Assembly (NCBI GenBank): GCA_009838915.1
Contig: VXQT01000011.1
Span: forward strand, 76,835 to 140,834
DNA length: 64,000 nucleotides
Direction of reading: 5' to 3'
Source of the DNA: Chloroflexota bacterium
GTDB taxonomy: Bacteria > Chloroflexota > Dehalococcoidia > Bin125
The position numbers and the translations under genes were made by a program. The notes below the pieces were generated by a model. It was not told the origin of the DNA. It was given only the letters and a program-made list of their open reading frames with translations, and made no database searches. This document shows positions 1-9,795 of the stretch, one piece after another; position 1 is the stretch's first letter; each line of letters opens with the position of its first letter.

Positions 1-177
1 GAAGTCGCAGTTGAAGCGTTCCTCGAGCGGCGAATACGGTTCACAGAAATCGCCGACTACGTGAATCAGGCCATGGACGCCCACCGCAACACTGCGGATC
101 CGGACATCGAAGCGATCGACGCTGCCGACGCCTGGGCTCGCGGCTTCACCACCGGCCGCATCGCGGCGGCCGTATGA
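1..177 (+). CDS. dxr: 1-deoxy-D-xylulose 5-phosphate reductoisomerase, C-terminal fragment (truncated by window)
   Basis: Frame 1 reads EVAVEAFLERRIRFTEIADYV...IDAADAWAR to TGA at 175-177, matching the DXR C-terminal domain; dxr-rseP adjacency is a conserved gene order. Confidence 0.8.
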   Translation, partial: EVAVEAFLERRIRFTEIADYVNQAMDAHRNTADPDIEAIDAADAWARGFTTGRIAAAV

Positions 178-204
178 TCCGACGCCACTGCGTCTGACCG
201 CTAG

Positions 205-210
205 TACGCT
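205..210 (+). promoter_or_regulatory. Putative -10 element (TACGCT) of leaderless rseP transcript
   Basis: TAnnnT hexamer 6 nt before ATG 217, no Shine-Dalgarno; the same geometry recurs at several other genes. Confidence 0.5.
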
Positions 211-216
211 GGCCGC

Positions 217-1929
217 ATGGTCTTTGTCGAGACGATTTTGCCGTTTATCGGCATCCTGCTGGGCCTGGTCATCCTGCATGAACTCGGACACTTCGCCGCC
301 GCCAAGCTGGCCGGCGTTCGGGTCGAAGAGTTCGGCGTCGGCCTGCCGCCGCGAATCGGCAAGGGCTGGCAGTTCGGCGAGACGCTCTACTCCTTCAACT
401 GGCTGCCGATCGGCGGGTTCGTCCGGCTGACCGGAGAAGAGGCCTCGGGCCTGCTGATCACCGCCGTCGATCCCGACTCACGGATGACAAAGCACTTCGT
501 GCCGGGCGACCGCATCCTCCAGGTCAACGGCAAGCGCGTCGTCACGCCTGACCAGTTCATCGAGCGCATGTTGGCCACGATGGGCGAAGAGAAGCGGGTG
601 ATCTCCTTCGACCACACCGAAGCGGACGGCCGCAAGACCAGTTGGTCGCTGACCCTGACGTTTGAGGAACAACCGGACGACGATCGTCCGCGGCCGCGCA
701 GCTACCGCACGACGCCCGAGAGCCGTTCGCAGTTCATGAATGACAAGGGCGAAGCCGAGATCAGCGGGCTGACGGTGGGCATCGATCCGCGATCACTGGG
801 CGCCAAGTCGCGGCTCACCCGGATCGGCATACTCGGGGCGGGCGCGGCGGTCAATGCCATCCTGCCGTTGTTCCTGTTCGCGCTGGGGGCGCTGATTCCG
901 GACAATGTTTCGGCCGGACCGGCGGTGATCACAAGTACCGTCGAACACGCCCCTGCGCACCAGGCGGGACTGAGAGCCGGCGACCGGATCGTCGCGGTCG
1001 ACGGTCATGAGATTCGCAACTCGCTGGACTTGCAGCGCGCGATTCAACTCAACCTGGGCGAAGACCTGCTGTTCACGATCGAGCGTCCTCGGACCGACGC
1101 GCTCGCCAGCGGAGGCGCTGCGGAGCCGTCGGAGCGCTTCGAGGCCGTCGTACACGCCCGGCTTGCGCCGCAGCCGCTTGTGCATGTGGTCCGGGAAGGC
1201 GACTCAGTGCACGACATCGCCGAGCGGCTTGGCGTCTCGGCGGCGGCCGTGATCGGCGGTTGGGGAATCGAGACCGAGGAACTGAACGAAGGCCTGGAGC
1301 TGGAGTTTCCCGGCGGCGTGACCTACGTGACCGAGGATGACGACACGATGCTGAGCATCGCTATCGAGGAGTCGGTGCGCATGGCATCGGTGTACGCCGC
1401 GCTGGGCATCGATCCGGTTTACCCACCGCCGGGGACTCGGGTGGAGGTGCGGCAGGGCGCAACAGGGATCTCCGTCGCCAACGCGTCGCGGTTGGTCGAA
1501 CGCCGCAGTCCATCGCTGGGCGAGTCGATCTCCGCCGGCTGGACCCAGACTCGCGACACGTTCATCCTCGTCCGCAACCGGATCCGCTCCTGGATTGCCG
1601 GCGGCGAGCCGATCGAGCTCTCCGGACCGGTGGGGATCGCCCGCGTGACCGGCGAAGTCGTCGACCGCGCCGGCTGGACGCGGCTGATCGAGCTGGCCGC
1701 GCTGATCTCGCTTAACCTGGCGATCATCAACATCCTGCCCTTGCCAATGCTCGACGGCGGTCGAATCATGTTCGTGCTGATCGAGATCGCGCGCCGGGGC
1801 AAGAAGATCAGTCCCGAGCGCGAGGGCCTGGTCCACATGGCGGGCTTCGCCGCGCTGCTGGTGTTCATTGTGGTGATCAGTTACTTCGACATCATCAAAG
1901 CGATCTCGGGCGATCCGGTGATTCCGTAG
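217..1929 (+). CDS. rseP: RIP metalloprotease RseP (M50B) with PDZ domains and two LysM-like domains
   Basis: HELGH zinc motif, GGFVRL beta-loop, NILPLPMLDGG motif; PDZ-like GDRILQVNG and GDRIVAVDG; LysM-like HVVREGDSVHDIAERLGVS. Confidence 0.9.
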   Translation: MVFVETILPFIGILLGLVILHELGHFAAAKLAGVRVEEFGVGLPPRIGKGWQFGETLYSFNWLPIGGFVRLTGEEASGLLITAVDPDSRMTKHFVPGDRILQVNGKRVVTPDQFIERMLATMGEEKRVISFDHTEADGRKTSWSLTLTFEEQPDDDRPRPRSYRTTPESRSQFMNDKGEAEISGLTVGIDPRSLGAKSRLTRIGILGAGAAVNAILPLFLFALGALIPDNVSAGPAVITSTVEHAPAHQAGLRAGDRIVAVDGHEIRNSLDLQRAIQLNLGEDLLFTIERPRTDALASGGAAEPSERFEAVVHARLAPQPLVHVVREGDSVHDIAERLGVSAAAVIGGWGIETEELNEGLELEFPGGVTYVTEDDDTMLSIAIEESVRMASVYAALGIDPVYPPPGTRVEVRQGATGISVANASRLVERRSPSLGESISAGWTQTRDTFILVRNRIRSWIAGGEPIELSGPVGIARVTGEVVDRAGWTRLIELAALISLNLAIINILPLPMLDGGRIMFVLIEIARRGKKISPEREGLVHMAGFAALLVFIVVISYFDIIKAISGDPVIP

Positions 1930-1936
1930 CCGAACT

Positions 1937-2115
1937 CCTCGTCATTCCCGCGTCCCTTCCTCGTCATTCCCGCGCAGGCGGGAATCCATGCAGGATGAGC
2001 GTAGTTCCAACACCGACGTCTGCTTTCTCTTGACAGGGGTTGTCGGCGTGAACGACGTGTCTTTGCTCCTTTCGACTGTCGTACTGGATGGATTCCCGCC
2101 TGCGCGGGAATGACG
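1937..2115. repeat. REP/MITE-like element (family B) with 28-bp inverted repeats, each internally palindromic (ATTCCCGC...GCGGGAAT)
   Basis: cgtcattcccgcgcaggcgggaatccat at 1962-1989 and its exact reverse complement at 2088-2115; partial direct copy cctcgtcattcccgcg at 1937-1952. Confidence 0.9.
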
Positions 2116-2221
2116 GATTGGTGCGGGAGTGATGGCTCGTCCGTGGAGTCGACGCCGACGCTGCACTGTCGCCGCCGTTACAATGTCCGCAATCCGAACC
2201 CTCCCAATCGAAGGAGTCCAC

Positions 2222-3421
2222 ATGGCGTTCCAGACATTCATCGACGCCGACACCCACATCACCGAACCTGCCGATCTCTGGACGTCCCGCGTCGCCTCCA
2301 AGTGGGGCGACCGGGTGTTGCACGTCAAGCAGGACGACAAGGGCACCAACGCCTGGTTTGTCGGCGACGACAAGGTCGCCAACGCGCCATCGGGCGTGTT
2401 CGCCGGCTGGAAGGGCAAGTTCCCCAGCTCACCGCCGACCTACGAGGAGGCACACCCCGCCTCGTTCGACGTGCACGAGCGGCTCAAGCTGATGGACGAA
2501 ACCGGCGTCTACGCACAGGTGCTCTATCCCAACGTGGCCGGCTTCGCCTCGCAGCGCTTCCTCTCGCTGGGCGACCCCGAGCTGATGCTCGAATGCGTGC
2601 GCGCCTGGAACGACTTTCAGATCGACTGGATATCGGTCGCGCCGGAGCGCTTCGTGGCCAACATATCGATCCCGTTCTGGGACATCGAGGCGTCGGTCAA
2701 GGAGATTGAGCGCGTCGCGCCCAAGGGCATGCGCGGGATTCTCTTCACCGGCGACCCGCAGTCGCACGGCCAGCCGTTCCTCGGCGACCGGCACTGGGAT
2801 CCGCTCTGGAATATCGCCACCGACACCGGCCTGCCGATCTCGTTCCACATCGGCTCGGGCGATTTCACCGACGGCTTCACGCCCGACCGCCTCGCGGTCG
2901 ACGGTCCCGAGGTGACCTACGCGCGCACATCGACGGTGCTGTTCATGGCCAACGGTCTGCAGATGACCGACCTGCTGCTCTGCGGCGTGCTGCCGCGCTT
3001 CCCCGAGCTCAAATTCATCTCGGTCGAGTCGGGCATCGGCTGGGTGCCGTTCTGCCTCGAAAGCTGCGACTACCACTTCCTCGCGGCCGACATCCGCAAG
3101 GCGCGGCCCGAGTTCGAGATGATGCCCTCGGACTACTTCCGCCGCCAGGTCTACGCCTGCTACTGGTTCGAGAAGATCGCGCCGCAGAAGCTGATCGAAG
3201 ACATCGGCGCGGACAACATCCTGTTCGAGACCGACTTCCCGCACCCGACCTGCCTCTACGGCAACGTGCAGGAGACGATCGAGGCGGGACTCTCCGGTCA
3301 GCCCGAAGATGTGCAGCGCAAGATTCTCTGGGAGAACTCAGCGAAGCTCTACAACATCGACATTCCCGAGGTCATGCCCGCCGGTCTCGCGGCGGCGGCC
3401 GCCGCGGGTGGCGGAGGTTAG
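2222..3421 (+). CDS. Amidohydrolase family protein (amidohydro_2-like)
   Basis: IDADTHITEP metal motif, ISFHIG, FETDFPH, WENSAKLY; RBS gaaggag before ATG 2222; TACAAT at 2179-2184. Confidence 0.88.
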   Translation: MAFQTFIDADTHITEPADLWTSRVASKWGDRVLHVKQDDKGTNAWFVGDDKVANAPSGVFAGWKGKFPSSPPTYEEAHPASFDVHERLKLMDETGVYAQVLYPNVAGFASQRFLSLGDPELMLECVRAWNDFQIDWISVAPERFVANISIPFWDIEASVKEIERVAPKGMRGILFTGDPQSHGQPFLGDRHWDPLWNIATDTGLPISFHIGSGDFTDGFTPDRLAVDGPEVTYARTSTVLFMANGLQMTDLLLCGVLPRFPELKFISVESGIGWVPFCLESCDYHFLAADIRKARPEFEMMPSDYFRRQVYACYWFEKIAPQKLIEDIGADNILFETDFPHPTCLYGNVQETIEAGLSGQPEDVQRKILWENSAKLYNIDIPEVMPAGLAAAAAAGGGG

Positions 3422-3435
3422 GACACAACCTGGTT

Positions 3436-3544
3436 CTCTCCCCCCGCTCTGCGGGGGGAGATGTCCCGTAGGGACAGAGGGGGGCACTCCACACGGATGC
3501 CCCCCTCTGCCTTCGGCATCTCCCCCCGCTTCGCGGGGGGAGAG
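3436..3544. repeat. Inverted pair of double-hairpin palindromic repeats (family A)
   Basis: ctctccccccgctctgcggggggagatgtcccgtagggacagagggggg followed by cccccctctgccttcggcatctccccccgcttcgcggggggagag in the opposite orientation. Confidence 0.9.
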
Positions 3545-3567
3545 TTGATTAAGGGGAGACTCGACCT

Positions 3568-4329
3568 ATGGACATCGAAGGCAAGGTTGCGGTGGTCACG
3601 GGATCGTCGTCGGGGGTTGGGGAGGCGACCGCGAAACTGCTGGCGTCGCTGGGCGCGTCGGTCGTCGTCAACTACTTCCGCGGCGCCGAAGCCGGTCAGC
3701 GAGTCATCGATGAGATCCAGGCGGACGGCGGCTCCGCCATCGCCGTCCAGGCCGACACGCGTTCCGACACCGATTGCCGCAGATTGATTCAGGCCGCAGT
3801 CGAAGAGTTCGGCCACCTGGAGATTCTCGTCAACAACGCCGGCATGACGCACTTCATCGCGCACGACGACCTCGAGTCGGTGACCGACGAGGTCTGGGAC
3901 GACATCATCGGCGCGAACCTGCGCGGAGTGTTCAACTGCACCCGAGCAGCCGCGCCGCACATGAAGGCGGCGGGCGGGGGCGCGGTCGTCAATGTCTCAA
4001 GCGTCGCCGGCGCGGGCGGCGGCGGCTCCTGCATCCCCTACGCGGCCAGCAAGGCCGGAGTCAACGTGATCACCAAGTCGCTCGCCCGCGTGCTTGGTCC
4101 CGAAATCCGGATCAACACGATCGCGCCCGGCTTTATCGAGGGCCGCTGGCTGCGAGGCGGCCTCGGCGAGGACACCTACGAGGCGGGCCGCAAGCGACTC
4201 GGCGAAACCGCCCCGCTCCGTGGCGTCGCCACCCCCGAGTCCTGCGCCGACGCCATCGTGGCGCTGATTGAGCGCAACGTCTTCGTGACTGGCCAGACGA
4301 TCACGGTCGACGGCGGCGCGACGTTGTAG
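3568..4329 (+). CDS. SDR family NAD(P)-dependent oxidoreductase
   Basis: VTGSSSGVG, LVNNAG, YAASK catalytic motif; RBS ggggag. Confidence 0.92.
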   Translation: MDIEGKVAVVTGSSSGVGEATAKLLASLGASVVVNYFRGAEAGQRVIDEIQADGGSAIAVQADTRSDTDCRRLIQAAVEEFGHLEILVNNAGMTHFIAHDDLESVTDEVWDDIIGANLRGVFNCTRAAAPHMKAAGGGAVVNVSSVAGAGGGGSCIPYAASKAGVNVITKSLARVLGPEIRINTIAPGFIEGRWLRGGLGEDTYEAGRKRLGETAPLRGVATPESCADAIVALIERNVFVTGQTITVDGGATL

Positions 4330-4342
4330 ACGTAGTCCCGGT

Positions 4343-4391
4343 GCCCCCCTCTGCCTTCGGCATCTCCCCCCGCCTGTGGGCGGGGGGAGAG
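4343..4391. repeat. Family A palindromic repeat between convergent genes
   Basis: gcccccctctgccttcggcatctccccccgcctgtgggcggggggagag. Confidence 0.9.
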
Positions 4392-4424
4392 TATGGCCTG
4401 GCATGCGGCGACGAGCTGCAGCAG

Positions 4425-5699
4425 CTACTCCCGCACGGCGTAGGACACCGGGAGGCGCTTGATTCCTCCGATGAGGCCGGAGGAGAGGCGCTCGGTGTCT
4501 CCGTTCATCTGGAAGTGGTCCAGCTTCTGGATTAGATGGCGGAAGATACTGCGCATCTCCAACCTTGCCAGGTTGGCGCCGAGGCAAAAGTGTTCTCCGA
4601 AGCCTCCGAAGGCGAGGTGATCGTTGGGCGATCGCTGGATGTCGAACGCGTCGGGGTTGTCGAAGATGTCCTCGTCTCGGTTGGCCGACGGATACCACAT
4701 GGCGAGCGTCTCGCCCTCCCGGATCGGCACTCCCCGAATCTCGGTGTCCTGCGTCACCGTGCGAGCGAAGTGGACGACCGGCGAGGTCCAGCGCAGCATC
4801 TCCTCGACAGCGCTGTCGAGCAGCTCCGGCTGACTCCTGAGCAGCTCGAACTGGTCGGGATGCTCGATTAGCGCCTGCATGCCGCCCGAGGTGGCGTTTC
4901 GCGTCGTCTCGTTGCCGGCCAAGATCAGCAGGATTGCGTAAGAAAGGATCTCGTGCTCGGGCAGCGGCTCGCCGTCGATCTCGGCCTGGACCAGCGTGGT
5001 CATCACGCTCTCGTCCGGCTCGCGGCGTTTGCGCTCGATGTGCGCCATGAAGTAGCCCTGCAGGCCGCGCATCCCCGATTGCCAGGTCTCGCGACGGCTG
5101 CGGCCCTGCTGGTACTCGGGGTCCTCCGAGCCGATGAACTCGTTCGTCCAGAGGAAGATGTCCTCCCAGGAATCGCGATCGACGGCCAGGATCTCGCAGA
5201 TAGCGGCCATCGGCATCTTGGCCGCGACATCGCGGACGAAGTCCATCTCTCGCCGATCGGTGAGTTGACTGACCAGGTGGGCGGCTGCCTCGTCGATCAC
5301 GTCCTCGGCGATCTCGTCCACCCGATCCTCGAGCAGTCGCATGCCGCGCGGGGAGAAGCGGCGGCTGGTGGCGTTGCGGTACTTGCCGTGCTCGGGCGGG
5401 TCCATGTTGATCAGGTTGGGCACGGTCAAGCTCGGGTCGTTCGCGCCGCCGTCGCCCGAGCCGGCGGAACGGATCACCAGCCGCTGGCTGCTGATGAACG
5501 TCTCCGGGTCGCGGGAGATCTGTTGGATGTCGTCGTACTTCGTGATCGCCCAGAACGGCGTCACGCCCGGTTGGTCGTACCAGTAGACCGGCGCCTCGCG
5601 GCGCAGCAGCTTCCAGTCGTCCCAGGGATACCCGCGTTCGGCGTATCGCTCAGGCGTGACGAGGTCGACCTGATCCAATCCGCTGGTCATCGTCGTCAT
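4425..5699 (-). CDS. Cytochrome P450 (CYP125/142-like by motif appearance)
   Basis: MDPPEH, AGNETT I-helix, EEMLR (ExxR), FGGFGEHFCLG heme-thiolate motif. Confidence 0.93.
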   Translation of the reverse strand: MTTMTSGLDQVDLVTPERYAERGYPWDDWKLLRREAPVYWYDQPGVTPFWAITKYDDIQQISRDPETFISSQRLVIRSAGSGDGGANDPSLTVPNLINMDPPEHGKYRNATSRRFSPRGMRLLEDRVDEIAEDVIDEAAAHLVSQLTDRREMDFVRDVAAKMPMAAICEILAVDRDSWEDIFLWTNEFIGSEDPEYQQGRSRRETWQSGMRGLQGYFMAHIERKRREPDESVMTTLVQAEIDGEPLPEHEILSYAILLILAGNETTRNATSGGMQALIEHPDQFELLRSQPELLDSAVEEMLRWTSPVVHFARTVTQDTEIRGVPIREGETLAMWYPSANRDEDIFDNPDAFDIQRSPNDHLAFGGFGEHFCLGANLARLEMRSIFRHLIQKLDHFQMNGDTERLSSGLIGGIKRLPVSYAVRE

Positions 5700-5795
5700 G
5701 AGGGCTGCCTCCGTTCACCGGTCCGGGCATCGGTATCCTCAGTTCGAGCCTATCAATCAGAGCGGGCGCAGTGGCGTTCCGCCGCGAGGACACGC

Positions 5796-7688
5796 ATGAC
5801 CAACAAGCGATCACTGCTCGGCGTCTACGAGGGGTACACGGATGAGGTGGCGAACGGATACGAGCGCGAATCGCGCTACCTGGAGATGCAGGACGGCTGC
5901 CGGATCGCCATCGACGTGCTGCATCCTGCGCTCGACGGCCGCCGGATCGACGCTCCGTCGCCGACCGTGCTGCACTGCACGCCCTACCGCCGCTCGTTCA
6001 TCCTGACCGGCGAAGGCACGTCGGCTGCGCGATACCAGCAGGAGCTGCGTGCGATGGAGCCGGGCGAGCTGGTCACCCAGTACGAGGAGCGACCGATCGC
6101 GCGCGACCTGATCCACCACGGCTATCGCTTCGTCTCGCTCGACTTGCGCGGCACCGGCGCCTCGTTCGGCGAGCTGTACAACGACTCCTGGCTGGCAGGC
6201 CACGACATCGCCGAGGTGATCGACTGGATCTGTGCGCAGGACTGGTCGACGGGCCGCGTCGGCATGGTCGGAATCTCGTACGAGGGGATGATCCAGTTCT
6301 TCACGGCGGCGCACCAGCCCGAGGGGCTCAAGTGCATCGCGCCGCAGTACCCGGGGCTGCCGCAGTGTTATGTCGACGGCGGCCTGGCGATCAGCAGCTT
6401 CGCGCGCGTCTGGGAACAGCTGCACAAGGGCCTCTCCGAACACGAACCGTCCGCGCCCGTGGACGGCTCCGACGGCGAGACCTTGCAGCGGGACGCGATG
6501 GACTCGCACTCGCCCGACGGGTACCGCTGGGTCGAGGTCTTCTCTGACATGGATCCCCGCGATGTCACGCGGATGTCCTCGTACGACGGCATCATGCGTC
6601 GCAAACCGCGACCCGACATCGGACTCGGCGAGGTCGCCAGCGGCTGGTTCGACTCGACCGACCTGATCAACGAGAGCGGCGTGCCCACCTACCTCGTGAC
6701 CGGCTGGTGGGACCTGACGTTCCCCGGCTACCTGATCGACGCGTTCAACCGACTCGACGTGCCGAAGAAGCTGATCGTGGGCCCGTGGAATCACGGACAG
6801 GGCGGTGACCCCGAGCTGTTGCGCTGGTTCGACTACTGGCTCAGGGACGTCGACAACGGCGTGATGGACGATCCGCAGGTCCACTACGGCGCGAGCGAGC
6901 CGTCGGGCGCGACGCTGTGGAAGTCGGCCCCGCGCCTGCCGCTGCCCGAAGCACGAAGTCGGTCGCACTGGCTCAGCGCGAACGGAGCGCTCTCGCTCTC
7001 GCGCCCCGCCTCTGAGGCGCACCTGACCTACGAGGTGAACCACGACGTGAGCCTGGGCACGTTGAGTCGGCACAGCTACTACAGCCAGGACCTGTACATC
7101 AACACGGTCGATCTCAACGCGCGGGCCGAGGGCTGCCTCAGCTTCACCAGCGATCCGCTGACGGAGGACACTGAGATCACCGGCTGGCCGTCGGTGCAGC
7201 TCGAAGTCTCGACCAGCTCAGACCGCGGGGCGGTCGTGGTGACGCTGGAGCAGATCACCGAGGACGGCTCGGCAGCCTATCTCTCCGAGGGCTTCCTCAA
7301 CTTCGCGCACCGACTCGTCGGCGACGATCCCGGCGGTCACGAGGGTCCGGTCTGGCATAGCTGGAGCAAGGCCGATCTCGCGGCGGTCAATCCGGGCGAG
7401 CCGATGGACGTCCAGGTCGAAATGTATCCCGTCTCCGCCATCGTGCGGGCCGGCGACCGCATCCGCCTGACCGTCGCCGCCGCCGACGCCGACAACCTGG
7501 TCGTGCCTACGCAGGGCGACGAGGCGACGCTGACCGTCACCATCGGCGGCGAGCGCACGTCGCGGCTGATCCTGCCAACCGTGAACCAGTCGGTGATCCC
7601 GACCGCCAAAGTCGTCGAGGGAGGCTTCGACGGAGAATCCGGAGGCTTCGCCTTCCGGAGGCCGGTGGACGCGCCGATGTTGCGATAG
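5796..7688 (+). CDS. CocE/NonD family serine hydrolase
   Basis: DLRGTGASFG, GMVGISYEG nucleophile motif, GWWD, GPWNHG, PepX-like C-terminal domain; start re-assigned to ATG 5796 after gagga. Confidence 0.88.
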   Translation: MTNKRSLLGVYEGYTDEVANGYERESRYLEMQDGCRIAIDVLHPALDGRRIDAPSPTVLHCTPYRRSFILTGEGTSAARYQQELRAMEPGELVTQYEERPIARDLIHHGYRFVSLDLRGTGASFGELYNDSWLAGHDIAEVIDWICAQDWSTGRVGMVGISYEGMIQFFTAAHQPEGLKCIAPQYPGLPQCYVDGGLAISSFARVWEQLHKGLSEHEPSAPVDGSDGETLQRDAMDSHSPDGYRWVEVFSDMDPRDVTRMSSYDGIMRRKPRPDIGLGEVASGWFDSTDLINESGVPTYLVTGWWDLTFPGYLIDAFNRLDVPKKLIVGPWNHGQGGDPELLRWFDYWLRDVDNGVMDDPQVHYGASEPSGATLWKSAPRLPLPEARSRSHWLSANGALSLSRPASEAHLTYEVNHDVSLGTLSRHSYYSQDLYINTVDLNARAEGCLSFTSDPLTEDTEITGWPSVQLEVSTSSDRGAVVVTLEQITEDGSAAYLSEGFLNFAHRLVGDDPGGHEGPVWHSWSKADLAAVNPGEPMDVQVEMYPVSAIVRAGDRIRLTVAAADADNLVVPTQGDEATLTVTIGGERTSRLILPTVNQSVIPTAKVVEGGFDGESGGFAFRRPVDAPMLR

Positions 7689-7701
7689 GAGCGGGAGCCG
7701 T

Positions 7702-8463
7702 CTACTCGCCTCTGAACGCCGGAGGGCGGCGCTCGAAGAGGGCTCGGATGCCTTCTTTGGCGTCGTTGGAGTTCCTGGCGGCGGCGACGAGTTCGTCGAC
7801 GTCCTCGTGGGGGATGTGATCGCGGAAGTCCATCTCGCGGACGATCAGCGCCTTCATCGCCCTGAGGCTGAGCGGGGCGTTCCTGCTCAATCGGTCGATC
7901 ACCGCTTCTGCCGCCTCTTCGAGTTCTTCGGCGTTGGCGACGCGGGCGATCACGCCCCATTCGTGCATCCGCCAGGCGGGAATGCGGTCGCCGAGCAACA
8001 GGATCTCCTTGGTCGCCACCGGTCCGGCGACTTCGAGCAGCTTCTTGGCCAGGAACCACGAGGGGGCGAGGCCGATCTGGGCCAGCGACATGCCGAACCT
8101 GGCCTCGACGTCGGCGACGACGAAGTCGCAGTGCAGCGCCAGCTCGTTGCCGCCCGCGATCGCGTCGCCCTGGACGACGGCGACGACCGGCAGCGGCCAA
8201 TGCTGAATCGCGTCCAGCATCTGCTCGATCGAGACCTCGCCGCCGGGCAGGCCTTCTTCGCGTTCGCGCAGATCGAGTCCGGCGCAGAAGACGGGACCGT
8301 TGGCTCGGATGACGGCGACGCGCTCGTCTGCCGACGGCTCTCCGTCGAATGCAGCGTGCAACCCGGACAGCATCTCGGAGCTGAGCGCGTTGCGCTTCTC
8401 GGGTCGGTTGAGGGTGACGGTACGGATTGCGCCGTCGACTTCTACTTCGATGATTTCGCTCAT
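7702..8463 (-). CDS. Enoyl-CoA hydratase/isomerase
   Basis: LNRPEKRNAL, FCAGLDL, AIAGGNELAL; start at 8463 after gaggaa. Confidence 0.9.
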   Translation of the reverse strand: MSEIIEVEVDGAIRTVTLNRPEKRNALSSEMLSGLHAAFDGEPSADERVAVIRANGPVFCAGLDLREREEGLPGGEVSIEQMLDAIQHWPLPVVAVVQGDAIAGGNELALHCDFVVADVEARFGMSLAQIGLAPSWFLAKKLLEVAGPVATKEILLLGDRIPAWRMHEWGVIARVANAEELEEAAEAVIDRLSRNAPLSLRAMKALIVREMDFRDHIPHEDVDELVAAARNSNDAKEGIRALFERRPPAFRGE

Positions 8464-8534
8464 GTGATGTTCCTCTTCGTTGCTCTGCAACCGCCATTGC
8501 CGGCGTAGCGCGACTCCGTTCGATGTTACGGTGC

Positions 8535-8580
8535 GCCCCCCTCTGCCTTCGGCATCTCCCCCCGCGTCGCGGGGGGAGAG
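8535..8580. repeat. Family A palindromic repeat
   Basis: gcccccctctgccttcggcatctccccccgcgtcgcggggggagag, with a further partial gcggggggagatg near 8595-8607. Confidence 0.9.
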
Positions 8581-8613
8581 AGTAATGTGAAGCGGCGGGG
8601 GGAGATGGGAACG

Positions 8614-9783
8614 TCAGCCGCTGCTGCCGCGGCCGAGGAGGTCTCGGGCCATGATGATCCGTTGGACTTCCGATGGGCCCTCTCCGATCCGACGGATGCG
8701 CATCTCCCGGTACCAGCGTTCGAGCGGGAGATCCTTGGTCACGCCGATGCCGCCGTGTATCTGGATGGCGCGATCGACGACGCGGCTCGCGCCTTCGGTC
8801 GAGATCAGCTTGGCCATGGCCGCCTCGAAGCGAAACGGCTCGCCCTGTTCCGCCTTCTCGGCGGCGGCAAGGTACATCATCCGACCAGTTCGGATGTCGA
8901 TCTCGTTGTCGACGATCATCCACTGGATCGCCTGGCGCGAGGCCAGCGCCGCGCCAAAGGTCTCGCGCTGCTGCGAGTAGGAAATCGCCATCTCCTGCGC
9001 GGCGACCGCAACGCCGACACAGGTCGCCGAGTATGGAATCCGCTGCCGAGTCAGGTTGTTGTTGGCCAATGAGAATCCGCCACCTTCCTCGCCGACGAGG
9101 TTCGCCGCCGGCACGCGGACGTCGTCGAACGAGAGCTCGGTGCCGTAGTTGGCCGAACGCAGCGTGTGCACGACGCGCCTGACCTCGAAACCGGGCGAGT
9201 CGGTATCGACGAGGAATGCCGAGATGCCGCGGCGTCCCTTCTCCGGATCGGTGCGGGCGAAGACGAGTCCGAAGTCGGCGCGGTCGGCGCCGGAACTGAA
9301 CAGCTTCGAGCCGTTGAGGATCCAGTCGTCGCCGTCCTTGACCGCTCGGGTCTGGATGGCGCGGGCGGGGTCGGAGCCGCCCGACGGTTCGGTCAGGCCG
9401 AAGAAGGCCCGCTTCTCGCCGCGCAGCATGGGGTACAGATAGCGATCCTTCTGGTCGTCGGAGGCGACGTAGAGCTGGGCCAGACCGGCGGATCCGAACG
9501 CGCCGTAGCAGGGCAGATAGAGCCCGGCGCGGTGCTGTGACATCTCCTCGGCGACCAGGCCGCGCGTAGTCAGCGGCAGGCCGGGGCCGCCGTAGTCTTC
9601 CGGCACGTCGATGTGGTAGAGGCCCATCTGTTGGACGATGCCCTTGAGACGGTCCAACTCGCCGGGGGGCAGCTCGACCGCATCGGGATCGAGGTCGCGT
9701 TCCAGCGGCTGCACTTCCTCACGCACGAAGCGTTTCACGGCTTGCGTGATCATCCGCTGTTCTTCGCTCATCAGGACTTCCAT
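8614..9783 (-). CDS. Acyl-CoA dehydrogenase
   Basis: FGLTEPSGGSD, LNGSKLFSS, RETFG, QIHGGIG, IGEGPSEVQR. Confidence 0.93.
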   Translation of the reverse strand: MEVLMSEEQRMITQAVKRFVREEVQPLERDLDPDAVELPPGELDRLKGIVQQMGLYHIDVPEDYGGPGLPLTTRGLVAEEMSQHRAGLYLPCYGAFGSAGLAQLYVASDDQKDRYLYPMLRGEKRAFFGLTEPSGGSDPARAIQTRAVKDGDDWILNGSKLFSSGADRADFGLVFARTDPEKGRRGISAFLVDTDSPGFEVRRVVHTLRSANYGTELSFDDVRVPAANLVGEEGGGFSLANNNLTRQRIPYSATCVGVAVAAQEMAISYSQQRETFGAALASRQAIQWMIVDNEIDIRTGRMMYLAAAEKAEQGEPFRFEAAMAKLISTEGASRVVDRAIQIHGGIGVTKDLPLERWYREMRIRRIGEGPSEVQRIIMARDLLGRGSSG

Positions 9784-9795
9784 TGAAGCTCTCCT

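Noticed and set aside
4953-5795. Long N-terminal extension of the CocE ORF and other long antisense ORFs (18319-19992, 46856-48673, 49942-51420, 58954-60450)
   Set aside because: They overlap well-supported opposite-strand genes and are typical high-GC shadow frames.
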